Under the pieces are notes generated by a model that saw only the letters and a program-made list of their open reading frames with translations, was not told where the DNA came from and made no database searches. From positions 1 to 64,000 of the IMG/VR virus record IMGVR_UViG_3300027770_000027: DNA of 64,000 nucleotides. One strand, 5' to 3'. Shown piece after piece: positions 8,605 through 19,212 of the stretch (positions are counted from its first letter, which is position 1; every line of letters starts with the position of its first letter). Made by a program: the position numbers and the translations under genes.

Positions 8605-11127
8605 CTATTGACCAAGAGCTTGATTTCTTGTAGTGGTTTGTTGGGTTCTAAGAGGTTTTATAAAATTTTGATATTCATAAACTCTTAAATCTGCATTCTT
8701 TTTTGCAGTAGCGTCTGCAGGACTCATACCAGAACTTATATTACTTTGATAGTTTTGTTGAATTGTATCATACTGGGCTTTTTGATCTGCGGTGGTTTGA
8801 TATGTAGTTGACCCTGTCTTGCTATAGGGTATACTCACAACACCCACTATGTTCGGATTTGGTGTGGCAAATGCCTTGGTTTCTGCATCTATTTGAGCCT
8901 TTATTGCCGCTACTTTATTGTCATATGATGTGGTTGAGGTGCTAGCTCCCGGAGGTCTGACTGGTGTTAAATCCGGTTCTTTGTTAGCAACCGGAACATT
9001 TGTAACAACACTTGGAGGAACAGTTGCTGGTGAAGACCCTGGAGCTCCTGTGGGTGGAAATAATGCATCTACCGAAGAATGTTTGGCTTCTGCTACTACA
9101 AATTTAGCTTCATCTGATAAATTTGCTTTTTGTTCTGGGGTCATCTTATCATAAGCAGCAGAAACTCTAGCATTAGATTGTGCGTTCAAGGCATCTAAAT
9201 TGGCTTGTTCGCTTTTCATTTGAACATCAGCAGCTCCTTGCATATCTTTCATAACCGCCTGCTCTTCTTGAAAAGACATGTCTTTATAATTTCCAGCAGC
9301 TAGTTCAGCCAGAGACCGTCCTGGATAGTCTTGTGTTACTAGTTTTTCTGGGGGTTTTGACCAATCTGGAGCAGATAAGGGTCGAGGCAATTCAGCTGGG
9401 TCTTTTGCTAGTGTTGAGGGATCTACTTTTGGAATTTCTGGAGTAGGAGATGCCTGGTTCCACATTGGATCTACTTTAGCTTCTGGAGGAGCTGGTGGTC
9501 CAATAGGGCCTTCTGCAGCATCAGGATCTTGGACATAACGTTGAGGTTGTACAGGACCGTCTCTTCCACTCCATTCTTCTCCGGAGTTATTATTAGAAGA
9601 TGGGGTTGGATAATTTGTAGATTGTTTTTCACCTTGCACAGAAGCTCCATATTCTTCTCCAGAAGAGGCATCCAGTCCAGTGTCACATTTCAAAGGATCT
9701 GGTACGTATTTACCTTGGGTTATATCAGAGGTTTCTGAGTTGGTAATAGTATCTGGAGTGGGCAATGGTTCTAGTCCGGTGGGTTCTTCTCCGACAGCAC
9801 TTGCAAATTGTTGAGCAGCAAGTGCTTCTTCCATTTGCGTCCTGTCCATAGGAGTACCATCTGGATTGGGTATGAAATTTTCTAAATTTTTGGAGGGGTC
9901 TCCGTTGAATCGCTCATCCGGTAATCCAACTGGTGCAGTTGGGCCATATACTTCGGCGATTGACTCGCCGGAAAGTTCAAACTCAGTTGAATAATTGTTT
10001 GGTGGACCTAGCGGATATATAACATCTCCATCATCCTGTCTTGCATTAATGCTGACTCCGCTAGAAACTCTGTCTGTAAACCCTTCACCCATGTCTATAG
10101 GGTTTGGCCCCACTCCTCCACTGCTATCAGTGGGCAAGACATCATTTGATGGATTAGAATTACTAGAATTGGAAAAAGTACTGGCAAAAGATGTACCCGC
10201 AGTAGATGCCATAGAGCTTATTACTTTAACTTTTGAACCACCAAGGGCCCCTTCCATAATATTGGAACTCTCTGGTAAAAGTTCTCCAAAAACAATTTTT
10301 ACTAAATATGCTTCTGGCACTAATCGATATCCACTAGAGCCTGCACCAGCAGCATTACCCACTCCAAAATCATTCATTCTTCTTACTGGTCCTATAGCTT
10401 CAACGTCAAAAGATTTGACATAAGCAGCTGGGCAAAAAATACCACCTTCTGCCATTGTGTCTAATGTATATATTTTAGGAGGCAAATAAGTTGTAAAAGA
10501 TGTTCTGGTTTTTAAATTTTGAATTGCGAATAAACTTATGAAACTATAGTTATCATTAGCTTCTTGCACGGTGCCAGTGTTGTAAAGAGGAAAAGAAACT
10601 GATATAGATTTTTCTTCAGTTTGACCAAATCTTTTAATATCCTCTCGACCCCAACCAGGAGTTAAAACTTTTCCAATTTTATCAAAGGTGTCTCCTGCCC
10701 TTTTAATCATTTTTCCGATTCCTCCCAAACTACTGCCTATTATATCCATGAGGCCGTCCTGTTTGACCCATCCATTAGAAATAGCCCCTCTTATGCTGCC
10801 CTCACTTTTTAGGTATGGTAAATTATATGAAAACCCTGTAGGATTTCCAGTATATAAAACCTGTCCCGGATCTTTACCCATACTCAAAGCACTATTGATT
10901 GGTTGTAATAACCTGGTAATACTTGTGGTCAATAATCCGTAATCTAAACTATACTCTGTAACAACTAGACAAGGAACCTCTTCAACACTTCCATGATTCT
11001 TCCATTTAAATTTACCATGAACATCTATAGAACCGGATCCAGCCTTTACAACATTTGGATATGTAAAGGTGTTAGTACCCATAAAAGTACCCATCTTAGG
11101 TTGAATACTGAAAAAATTATATGCCAT
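8605..11127 (-). CDS. Baseplate tail-tube cap (gp48-like) N-terminal domain with a ~540-aa Pro/Ser/Thr/acidic extension
   Basis: aa ~170-290 SISVSFPLYNT...LPPKIYTLD...AAYVKSFDVE...AYLVKIVFGELL resembles the tube-fold cap; the remainder is low complexity. Confidence 0.6.
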   Translation of the reverse strand: MAYNFFSIQPKMGTFMGTNTFTYPNVVKAGSGSIDVHGKFKWKNHGSVEEVPCLVVTEYSLDYGLLTTSITRLLQPINSALSMGKDPGQVLYTGNPTGFSYNLPYLKSEGSIRGAISNGWVKQDGLMDIIGSSLGGIGKMIKRAGDTFDKIGKVLTPGWGREDIKRFGQTEEKSISVSFPLYNTGTVQEANDNYSFISLFAIQNLKTRTSFTTYLPPKIYTLDTMAEGGIFCPAAYVKSFDVEAIGPVRRMNDFGVGNAAGAGSSGYRLVPEAYLVKIVFGELLPESSNIMEGALGGSKVKVISSMASTAGTSFASTFSNSSNSNPSNDVLPTDSSGGVGPNPIDMGEGFTDRVSSGVSINARQDDGDVIYPLGPPNNYSTEFELSGESIAEVYGPTAPVGLPDERFNGDPSKNLENFIPNPDGTPMDRTQMEEALAAQQFASAVGEEPTGLEPLPTPDTITNSETSDITQGKYVPDPLKCDTGLDASSGEEYGASVQGEKQSTNYPTPSSNNNSGEEWSGRDGPVQPQRYVQDPDAAEGPIGPPAPPEAKVDPMWNQASPTPEIPKVDPSTLAKDPAELPRPLSAPDWSKPPEKLVTQDYPGRSLAELAAGNYKDMSFQEEQAVMKDMQGAADVQMKSEQANLDALNAQSNARVSAAYDKMTPEQKANLSDEAKFVVAEAKHSSVDALFPPTGAPGSSPATVPPSVVTNVPVANKEPDLTPVRPPGASTSTTSYDNKVAAIKAQIDAETKAFATPNPNIVGVVSIPYSKTGSTTYQTTADQKAQYDTIQQNYQSNISSGMSPADATAKKNADLRVYEYQNFIKPLRTQQTTTRNQALGQ

Positions 11128-11130
11128 AAA

Positions 11131-13410
11131 TTATCCTTGTACTCCTCTTACATTAAATGCTGAATATGCGTTGCGGTGTTTGTCCAATTTATCATCTCTT
11201 GAAGAAGGTATAGTTATGCCTCCAGAACTACCAGAACTGCTAGAAGATTCTCCACCAGAATTTTTAGAAGAGAATCGTTCGGTAAAGTCTTCAAAACGAT
11301 CCATGAAATTGTCTGTCAATTGTTTAAAGGAGTCTTTTACAACCCCCAAAGAATCTCCCACAGAACCCTTATCTTTGCGGCTTTCGTCTATATATTTATT
11401 TAAAACATCAGCACCCTTTCCAGCAACTTGTTTGCCAAATTGAGGAACCTCTTGTATATTGGTAGGAACTTTAATAGTGGACGAAACCACCGGAGAAGTT
11501 TTATTGTCTTCGCCCAATTTCTTTGCCCATGGAGATAATCCAGCACTTTCTTCTCCGGGTTTTAAAAATATTAATTTTTCAGATGCAGGAGTTTCTTCTG
11601 AATTTTGTTTAGAAACTTCTCGTTTAAGTTTTCGAGCTGCCTGAGCCTCATGCATTTTATCAACAGAATTTTTGTGTTCTTCCGCTGCTTGTATCCTACT
11701 AGCATTTCTTTTGGCTTCTGCTTCTTTTTTAACAGCTTCTTCCTTTTTCTTTTCTTCATCACCAGAACCCCAATTCTTAGGATTCCACAAACTCTTTTCA
11801 TCTTTCTTATCTTTATCTAGTTCTAGTGGTTTTTCCGGAGTTTCTGTGGGCATCGGAGTTGCTTCTGCAGAGTTGTCTTCAATGCCAAAATAGTCTGCTA
11901 TCTTTTTTCGAATGCCCCAAGTCTTTGGTAATAAAAATAATATACCCCTCAAAATAGCTTGTTTAACATCTTTAAAGACAGTGGTCCAATTAAATCCTTC
12001 ATTTTTCTTTGCAATATCTCCACCAGCTTCTTCTGTAAGTTTGGCATCATACATATCAATAGCCAATGAAGCCGCCCATCCTACAATCGGTATCATGCCC
12101 GCTAATGCTGAAGCCAGTCCCAAAAATCCGCCACGAGTATCTCCGTCTATAAATTTTTTGATAGCCAAACCAAAACTAATAATGGTGCCTATACCAGGCA
12201 TTTTTAAAAAAATACCTTTAAGAGCTCCTTTGAAAAGTGAGAACATTCCTTTACCCGCACCACCAGCTGCCTTACCAGCTAGATTTAAAACTCCTGATAC
12301 TCCCTTCTTGCCTAAATCTGCAAAGAAGCCACTCATGCCTCCTGCTAATTTACCAAAGACTCTCCCGAATCCAAATTTAAATCCCATTTTAATACTGTGA
12401 ACTATTTTAGAAGCAGCATCTAACATTTTAGGCCCAGCAGCAACAACTCCAGCAGCAGCATCTTTAAGTTTTCCTATAACAATTGCAACTCCTTTAATTA
12501 TTTTAGGAACCGCCATGACAATTCCTTTGGCGGCGGTTCCTATACCCTTTACAACAGCCATCATGCCACGAGCTATTTTAAATGGTAAATCTTTAAGAAA
12601 GGCTCCGGCTACTACAGCCCATTTAGCGGCAGATTCTAAATAACCTTTGAATTTTTTGAGAGGTGCTATGAAGTTAGAAACTGCTTCAGATAAATTTGTA
12701 CCAAATTTTTGGTCAAACATTCCTATTGCCTTCATAATGCCTCCAGCAAAAAAACTAACCAAAAGACCTATAATACCGCCACCTATTAATAAAGCCGCTA
12801 TGGTGCCAAGAATGCCCCCTCCCTCATCTTTATCTTCTTTACCTTTAAGAATCCAATCTTTTAATCTTCCACCAAGCCCTCCAATAGAACGAGCCACTTT
12901 ATCCATTTTCTTACCCAAGAAAGATTCTAAATCTAAAACCCAAAGAGGAACTGCAGGTTTAGCTAAAGTCTGTGGCTGGACGTCAGGTTTCTTCGGAAAA
13001 ATTTTAAGCAATTTTTCTATTAAATTTTCTTCAGTTTTTGGATTTTTACTAGGATCTTGTACTTTGTCAACATCTCCTCTAGTAGTTATTAGTCCCGTAT
13101 TAGTTACAATTTTATTCAGAGCCTCCAACATAGGACTGAAAAACTTTTCCATCCTGTAAACACTTGAGTAAATTTCTTTAGACAGCTCTGTAGTTTGACT
13201 TCTTTCTTCTTTTTTTTCTTCTATCTGTTGACTTAAAAAACCAACCATTTTAGACATTTCCGAATTTAAACTACCCAGAAGTATTGTAGATTGAAGAGAA
13301 TTGGATTTATTATCTGTAGCATCTGTTCCAAGTTTTGCTAAAGCCTTAATTAAGCTTTCTGGCAATCCTGAATCTTTTTCATCTCTATTACTGGTGCCGC
13401 CAAATAACAT
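11131..13410 (-). CDS. Tape-measure/baseplate hub gp29-like protein
   Basis: 759 aa, Gly/Ala/Lys-rich amphipathic repeats, two hydrophobic segments (e.g. PGIGTIISFGLAI...GWAASLAIDMY); sits between gp26 and gp48. Confidence 0.6.
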   Translation of the reverse strand: MLFGGTSNRDEKDSGLPESLIKALAKLGTDATDNKSNSLQSTILLGSLNSEMSKMVGFLSQQIEEKKEERSQTTELSKEIYSSVYRMEKFFSPMLEALNKIVTNTGLITTRGDVDKVQDPSKNPKTEENLIEKLLKIFPKKPDVQPQTLAKPAVPLWVLDLESFLGKKMDKVARSIGGLGGRLKDWILKGKEDKDEGGGILGTIAALLIGGGIIGLLVSFFAGGIMKAIGMFDQKFGTNLSEAVSNFIAPLKKFKGYLESAAKWAVVAGAFLKDLPFKIARGMMAVVKGIGTAAKGIVMAVPKIIKGVAIVIGKLKDAAAGVVAAGPKMLDAASKIVHSIKMGFKFGFGRVFGKLAGGMSGFFADLGKKGVSGVLNLAGKAAGGAGKGMFSLFKGALKGIFLKMPGIGTIISFGLAIKKFIDGDTRGGFLGLASALAGMIPIVGWAASLAIDMYDAKLTEEAGGDIAKKNEGFNWTTVFKDVKQAILRGILFLLPKTWGIRKKIADYFGIEDNSAEATPMPTETPEKPLELDKDKKDEKSLWNPKNWGSGDEEKKKEEAVKKEAEAKRNASRIQAAEEHKNSVDKMHEAQAARKLKREVSKQNSEETPASEKLIFLKPGEESAGLSPWAKKLGEDNKTSPVVSSTIKVPTNIQEVPQFGKQVAGKGADVLNKYIDESRKDKGSVGDSLGVVKDSFKQLTDNFMDRFEDFTERFSSKNSGGESSSSSGSSGGITIPSSRDDKLDKHRNAYSAFNVRGVQG

Positions 13411-13431
13411 ATGGAATACTTAGTTCCAAGG

Positions 13432-14262
13432 TTAGTTTGACAAAAATAAAGTGGTATCAATCTCAAGTATTTTCTTGACTCCTGTAGAAGAGGTAACGGT
13501 TAAAAAAGAATCTACATAGGTTTTCCAAGTAGAAATCTTATCTATAATACTCTGAATAATTGCCGCTGGCAATTTTTCAACCATTGCAATTTTTTGTTTA
13601 ATGGAAAGAGTGTTATAAAATAAATCATTATTTGCAATTGATATATTTTCTATATACTTTGAGGTTTCATACAAATAAGCATCTGCAATAAAGGCCTTTA
13701 ACCCCTCTTCTCCTTCATTTGTTTTATAGAGAGGCATGTTTTCAAAATATTCAACCTCTCTTTTAATAGTAGGCACCACCAATCTTATAATCAATTCTGT
13801 TCCATTTTTTTCTAAAAGTAAATTCTCAGGAGAAGGGTGGGTGTAATCTGAAAATTTTGAAATCAATTCACTTAATATAACATCCTCTGAATTTGTATCA
13901 TTTTTTTCTTCTTCCGTAGTACTAAAATCTATTCGTATTGAATCAGATACTTGTGATTTCATTGCAACAGATATAAAAAGTCTATCAAAAAATGTTAAAT
14001 TATCAATTACAGATTTTTCACACAAAGCATTTTCTATCAAAATTTGATATATAGCTTTTGTAAAAAATGGTTTATAACCGTTTGAACTAGAATCTAATGC
14101 AAATGATAATAAAGATTTTTGTTGTTTTGCATTCAATTCTTTAATTTTAATAACCTTCTTTAAAGAAGGGACCCACACATCAGAGACGAATGATTGTTTA
14201 GTATACGCATCTAAAAGGTTAACTGCATCGTTAAAGGCCAACGGGGTTTGTACATCACTCAT
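13432..14262 (-). CDS. Baseplate hub assembly protein gp26-like
   Basis: VWVPSLKKVIKIKELNAKQQKSLL...NLTFFDRLFISVAMKSQV. Confidence 0.65.
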   Translation of the reverse strand: MSDVQTPLAFNDAVNLLDAYTKQSFVSDVWVPSLKKVIKIKELNAKQQKSLLSFALDSSSNGYKPFFTKAIYQILIENALCEKSVIDNLTFFDRLFISVAMKSQVSDSIRIDFSTTEEEKNDTNSEDVILSELISKFSDYTHPSPENLLLEKNGTELIIRLVVPTIKREVEYFENMPLYKTNEGEEGLKAFIADAYLYETSKYIENISIANNDLFYNTLSIKQKIAMVEKLPAAIIQSIIDKISTWKTYVDSFLTVTSSTGVKKILEIDTTLFLSN

Positions 14263-14265
14263 AAT

Positions 14266-15255
14266 TTAATTATCACCGGCTTCACCCATTTCTCCGCCAC
14301 CAAAGGCCGACTCAAAACTTGTAGGTCCTTCATTTAAATAATTAGAATTTTCCTGATCCGCCTGCTTGGATTTATACTCTTCCTCTACAAAGGAATAATA
14401 AACTTGTCTATCAGCAATAGATACCTTATCTAAATAATCTGGAGAAATGTTTTTAGAAGCTAATACATAATACTGTTGGTAAATGTTTTGTATGTTTTCT
14501 GCAAAAAATAATCTTAAAAGGTTTTGACACGATAGGTTATAAAAACTTAATTTTAAATATTTGCTAATTGCCTCGTTAAATACTGTATTTTCTGTAAAAT
14601 ATTTAATAGCTCTTAATACAATTGTTTGTATTTTATTTTGAATTTTAGTGGGCAATTTATTATACAAATCAGATCTTTGAGAGGAAGTAAATCCGGACAT
14701 GTTTATATCCTGATTGTTGATAGAAATTTTTTTAATAAACTCCGGAACAGATTCTAAAATTGCCAAAATTGTATTATCTGCATAAACTGTTTGATTAGTT
14801 AAAAAGTTTAATTCAGATTTTAAATTAGGCCAATCAAGAATAACATATACTCCGTTTTCTTCTATATATGTTTCACTTAAAGAATCTTGGCAAAGATTGT
14901 ATAAATCAATAATAAGTTTTTGTAAATTTAAATTTAATTTAATTATACTAGTTTCAACTTCTTTGTTAGAATCATCTATTTGCAATTCTATTTCATTTCC
15001 TATAGAAACCATTCGCAATTTACAAGCAAACATAATATATTCTATTATGTTTAATTTTAAAAATTCTTCTTTGTCTTCTACACAATTCATTAGAATTTTT
15101 TGCAGAAAAGCAGCGTACTCTGGAGCATATTCTGTAGTTAGGGGCAACATAGCATTTGCCTTTGATAACATTATATATTCTCTATTATTGAGTTCTCTAT
15201 AATTTAATTTTACACCAGAGAACGGCAAGTCTACACTATAAAGATAGTACTCCAT
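14266..15255 (-). CDS. gp26-like hub protein with a C-terminal gp51-like segment
   Basis: YSVDLPFSGVKLNYREL...LNIIEYIMFACKLRMVSIGNEIEL; C-terminal NIYQQYYVLASKNISPDYLDKVSIADRQVYYSFVEEE. Confidence 0.65.
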   Translation of the reverse strand: MEYYLYSVDLPFSGVKLNYRELNNREYIMLSKANAMLPLTTEYAPEYAAFLQKILMNCVEDKEEFLKLNIIEYIMFACKLRMVSIGNEIELQIDDSNKEVETSIIKLNLNLQKLIIDLYNLCQDSLSETYIEENGVYVILDWPNLKSELNFLTNQTVYADNTILAILESVPEFIKKISINNQDINMSGFTSSQRSDLYNKLPTKIQNKIQTIVLRAIKYFTENTVFNEAISKYLKLSFYNLSCQNLLRLFFAENIQNIYQQYYVLASKNISPDYLDKVSIADRQVYYSFVEEEYKSKQADQENSNYLNEGPTSFESAFGGGEMGEAGDN

Positions 15256-15998
15256 TAGTAGTTTATGTAAGATTTTGTATTCAAATCCATTACAGAATAT
15301 GAGTCATATGCAAAAGAAACAGAACGTTCAACCATGCCTTCTTGACTATGATTCAATTCTTTATCTCCTATATTAGTAGGCACCACATTAAAAAAACGAA
15401 CCAATTTACGTAAAACTGGAGCTTGTGATCTATAATATCCATTCTCAGAATTTGAAGCCGGGTCAACTCCTCCCTTTGCAAATTGAATAATGTCCATATG
15501 TGAACATTTAACATTTTTTGGCGAACCCGGAGCTCTTGCAACGAGACCGTAATGTCCTACCAAAACAAGCCAGGGTCTTATAACAAAATCTATAAAAGAA
15601 GCATTTGTTTCTAGCAAGTTCATGCTAATTGCTTTAAACTTAGCCCGGCTTCCAGCAGTGGCAGGTCCTTGATACCCTGCATAATCTAATCCTTTGTGTT
15701 CTACAGATACACTTTCTCCTGGTATTGATACCGCTCGGGCAAATACACAGCCAGACATGCATTCGGCCACTTCTTGATATTCTTTAGAAGTTAATTTAGA
15801 TATAACATCTGGAGATATTTGCCAAGGTTGATACCCCTTAGAATCCATTAAACTAACTCGGCCAGCCGGGTCATTGTTTAAAGCATCTACACTTTGCAAA
15901 TTAAATGTAACAAACCATTGGCTGGCCAAGGCTACTGTGGACGGCCATTGGGATAGTACATCAAGATAAAAGCTATAGGGACTAAGATTTTGTGCCAT
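15255..15998 (-). CDS. Tail tube initiator (gp54-like) / tube paralogue
   Basis: FARAVSIPGESV...ISMNLLET...FNVVPTNIG...VSFAYD tube-fold pattern; next to the tube gene. Confidence 0.65.
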   Translation of the reverse strand: MAQNLSPYSFYLDVLSQWPSTVALASQWFVTFNLQSVDALNNDPAGRVSLMDSKGYQPWQISPDVISKLTSKEYQEVAECMSGCVFARAVSIPGESVSVEHKGLDYAGYQGPATAGSRAKFKAISMNLLETNASFIDFVIRPWLVLVGHYGLVARAPGSPKNVKCSHMDIIQFAKGGVDPASNSENGYYRSQAPVLRKLVRFFNVVPTNIGDKELNHSQEGMVERSVSFAYDSYSVMDLNTKSYINY

Positions 15999-16030
15999 GT
16001 ATACAATACTTAGTATACAAGATCAAAAGG

Positions 16031-16567
16031 TTACTCCCAATACTGATAAGCAATAGTTGCTTGTTGTTCTACAACAGAACCAGCATCTGTAATATCAAGA
16101 GCGTAATCACCGAGGCTAACACAATAGGCACCGACCATTTTATAGGTTTTAATAGGCATCCCTTGTTTATCCATCAATGCTAACCAAACAGTTCCTAGAT
16201 CTCTTAATTCATATGCACCAGTACTTGTAGCGTCGTCAAAAGTTGCTCTTGTCCAATACTCCAATTTCTTTCTAATGGAAAGATCTTGAGGCATGCGGAA
16301 AGTAACATTCCACCCATCACTTCCGGGATAGTTAGCAGTTCCAGGTACATTGAATTTCATACCCATGAAAGGTACGGACACATTGTTTATAGCTCTTTTA
16401 GGAAGAGACGTAGCAGTGACATACACCAAATCATTTTCAGTGAATTGAATGCCGGCAGCACCGGTTTCAATACCCAGCACACGGAAAAGATTTTTACGTG
16501 CAAAATCCTTTCTAAATGCTGTTTGGTAGAAATTTTGAATATCTTGGTTGGAGAATACGTTAGCCAT
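16031..16567 (-). CDS. Tail tube protein (gp19-like)
   Basis: FARKNLFRV...ATSLPKRAINNVSVPFMG...PG...WNVTF...GAYCVSLGDYAL...QATIAYQYWE; directly after the sheath gene. Confidence 0.85.
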   Translation of the reverse strand: MANVFSNQDIQNFYQTAFRKDFARKNLFRVLGIETGAAGIQFTENDLVYVTATSLPKRAINNVSVPFMGMKFNVPGTANYPGSDGWNVTFRMPQDLSIRKKLEYWTRATFDDATSTGAYELRDLGTVWLALMDKQGMPIKTYKMVGAYCVSLGDYALDITDAGSVVEQQATIAYQYWE

Positions 16568-16585
16568 ATGTTAATACTTATCTCG

Positions 16586-19129
16586 TTAGGATGTGAGTTC
16601 GTTGAAATCTGCGCCAGTGCGGGTAGCAATGAAGTCTGCCAATATGAATTCTGCGGTTCTCACTGGTTGGATGTAAATGGCAACTCTTAATTCATTGTTG
16701 TCAATCACATCTGGAGTGTTGTTGCGTTCATCACATACAATTTTATATGCATATAAACCGTCATTGTTCTTAGCTTGACTAAATACTGGACTCAAGGCAC
16801 TAACCAGTCTTGCACGAGTTGCAAAGGTATTAGGCTCAAATGTATAGTACTTCAAGAGTCTTAATGTAATTTTTTCAAGAGTCAAGAACAGTCTGCGCAC
16901 ATTAATTCTATCAAAGGCGGAAGGTTTATTGAATAAGGTTTTCTGACCAAAAATAACATATCCATCACCAGCAAAGTAAGCAATAGGATTGATATTAACA
17001 CGATATAACAAATCTCTTTGTTTTTGAGTTGGGTTAATAGCAATATCCAAAACGTTACTAAGTTGCCCTCTGCTAAACCCAGCAGGTGCAGACCATGGAA
17101 AACTTGTTGCAGATGATAAAGCAATATCTGCTGCAACATATCCGGATGCTGGCAACCAACAAGGTTTGTTAGAAAACACATCGTTAAATAACAACCAGTT
17201 ACCGTAAGCAGCAGCGTAGCTAGTCACAGTATTGGCATAAAGATTTTTTAAAGCCCAATAAATATCTGAAGAGAATACATAATCAAATCTCTTAACAGTT
17301 TTATCTTTACCATGGATATCCCAAGGCCCGTTAGCAAAAATACATCTTAAAGGATCCGCAATGAACATGTGATCTTTGCGGGTTTTTTCTGCAAATGTTG
17401 AAAACTGTTGAGCAATAGATTGATACCAAGTTCTTAAAGCACTTGTAGCTTCAACATCTTGATTTTTTAAATCAGCTAAATCAGCAGCAGAAACCGCAAA
17501 AGTTGGATCAAAATGTATTCCAGTATAACCAGAATTTGCTAGTTTAATTTTAGCTAATTTGCAATTTGCCTGAGTCCATATAGTACCTAATCCAGCTTCT
17601 GGAATGATGTCTACATCAACTTCAAGATCGTCGATGCGTTGTAACACTCTTTGGAGTTTTAAAGGCACATCTCCTAAATCATCTCCATTGATAGAATTTT
17701 CTACGAACACACCCTGCGAATATAAATTCTTTGCGTCTTGATGAATTCTAACGGTTTTACCAGCTGGAATATAATTTCGGGCAGTACCTGATAGGGGACT
17801 TAAAGTAGAAGTCACATAAGGAGAATTTAAGGCGATTCTTTCCTCTGTATTCCAATTTCCAATTTCTGATATATAGGGATTAACTATTACTTTAACATCA
17901 GAAGATCTTTGATTAACAAGTTTTTCCAAAGCAAAGGACACTGGTGCTCCTCCTCTAGGATTGTTTTGTGTTCTCTTAGAATATAAAGAACCAGAATATG
18001 CTTCCTGTATTGAATAATCTAATTTAACTGTATCCTGAGCATATATAGAAGAACGAACTTTTAGATATACCAGACTCAAGCTATCATTGTATTCTTTACT
18101 GCCAAAATCAAAACCTGTAGGATATTGTTCTATTACTTCTGAAATACTACCAGATCCGTCCATTGGAGTTGCTGATAATTTGAAGTTTAATTTAGTAGAA
18201 CTAACATCAACAAAGGTTTGGAAGTGCTCTCCAATGTCACCTATACCGGTTTGCATGCCCGCAACTGCTTTCATACCACCAACTGCATCGAAATTCGTTG
18301 CGGGGTTATTGTTAGAGTTGTCTGCCAGACCTACATAATATCCTTCATAAATTTCATTGATAGATACCTTGGAAGGATTGGCTATAATAATACCGGCATT
18401 ACCTAAACCAAGTTCATCTCCTGCTTTGAGGGTTGTTGTATATTTGTCTGACCAGTCTAATTGATTCGAAAGTAAGGCACTATATGCCCCTTCGTCTAAT
18501 AATACAGATTTTGGAGCCAATATTTGATAATAGTTGGCATTTTCATATGTGACTGGTATCTGAACATATGAAGAGGTTAAGGCTCCAGTCGGTGCGTAAA
18601 AATTAGGCAATTCAGGATTATGCTGTGTTGGATCTCCCGACATTGCTGCGTAGGTTGAAAGAAACGGCATTGTATTGGAGAATACATCTAACCAGGTTCC
18701 TTTAGAACCACCGGCTCCTGTAAGAGAAGGTATAAATTGTACACCACCGCCTGGAAGATCTTGATAAGAACCTGCTAATGTTTGAGTGTGATAAACTGCA
18801 GATATTCCATACACCAAAGCACTGTATGTATTGGCAAATCCTGATCCGTGACCCGAACCATAAGCCATTCTAGTAACCATAAGATTACCAGGAGACTGGG
18901 TAAGGATTTGTCGAGCGGTGTGATATAAATAACGCTCCGCTTCATTGGTTGGAATCCCGAAAACAGTTTCATATTCAGAAACTGAGGAGATATTAACAAT
19001 TTCATCAGTAGGACCTTGAGAAGTGAATCCAGTGATAAATATATTAGTCCCAACTTGAGATCTTGCTATAATAGACAGGTCTGTCTCGTTGATTTGGACT
19101 CCAGGAGATGCTATTGTTCTTGTTGCCAT
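16586..19129 (-). CDS. Tail sheath protein (gp18-like)
   Basis: SPGVQINETDLS N-terminus; WSAPAGFSRG, RVNINPI, IFGQKTL, SAFDRINVRRLF, YTFEPN, PVRTAEFI. Confidence 0.95.
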   Translation of the reverse strand: MATRTIASPGVQINETDLSIIARSQVGTNIFITGFTSQGPTDEIVNISSVSEYETVFGIPTNEAERYLYHTARQILTQSPGNLMVTRMAYGSGHGSGFANTYSALVYGISAVYHTQTLAGSYQDLPGGGVQFIPSLTGAGGSKGTWLDVFSNTMPFLSTYAAMSGDPTQHNPELPNFYAPTGALTSSYVQIPVTYENANYYQILAPKSVLLDEGAYSALLSNQLDWSDKYTTTLKAGDELGLGNAGIIIANPSKVSINEIYEGYYVGLADNSNNNPATNFDAVGGMKAVAGMQTGIGDIGEHFQTFVDVSSTKLNFKLSATPMDGSGSISEVIEQYPTGFDFGSKEYNDSLSLVYLKVRSSIYAQDTVKLDYSIQEAYSGSLYSKRTQNNPRGGAPVSFALEKLVNQRSSDVKVIVNPYISEIGNWNTEERIALNSPYVTSTLSPLSGTARNYIPAGKTVRIHQDAKNLYSQGVFVENSINGDDLGDVPLKLQRVLQRIDDLEVDVDIIPEAGLGTIWTQANCKLAKIKLANSGYTGIHFDPTFAVSAADLADLKNQDVEATSALRTWYQSIAQQFSTFAEKTRKDHMFIADPLRCIFANGPWDIHGKDKTVKRFDYVFSSDIYWALKNLYANTVTSYAAAYGNWLLFNDVFSNKPCWLPASGYVAADIALSSATSFPWSAPAGFSRGQLSNVLDIAINPTQKQRDLLYRVNINPIAYFAGDGYVIFGQKTLFNKPSAFDRINVRRLFLTLEKITLRLLKYYTFEPNTFATRARLVSALSPVFSQAKNNDGLYAYKIVCDERNNTPDVIDNNELRVAIYIQPVRTAEFILADFIATRTGADFNELTS

Positions 19130-19212
19130 AAAAAATTATGTAACTACTTATCTTTTTGTGGGACCCAAATGAATTTGCTCTTGAATGGTAACGTTTGTAT
19201 CTAAATAGATAT

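Noticed and set aside
8918-13159. Plus-strand ORFs within the structural operon (and similar ones at 23008-23433 and 51246-51548)
   Set aside because: Antisense to long genes with recognisable motifs; low-complexity mirror translations
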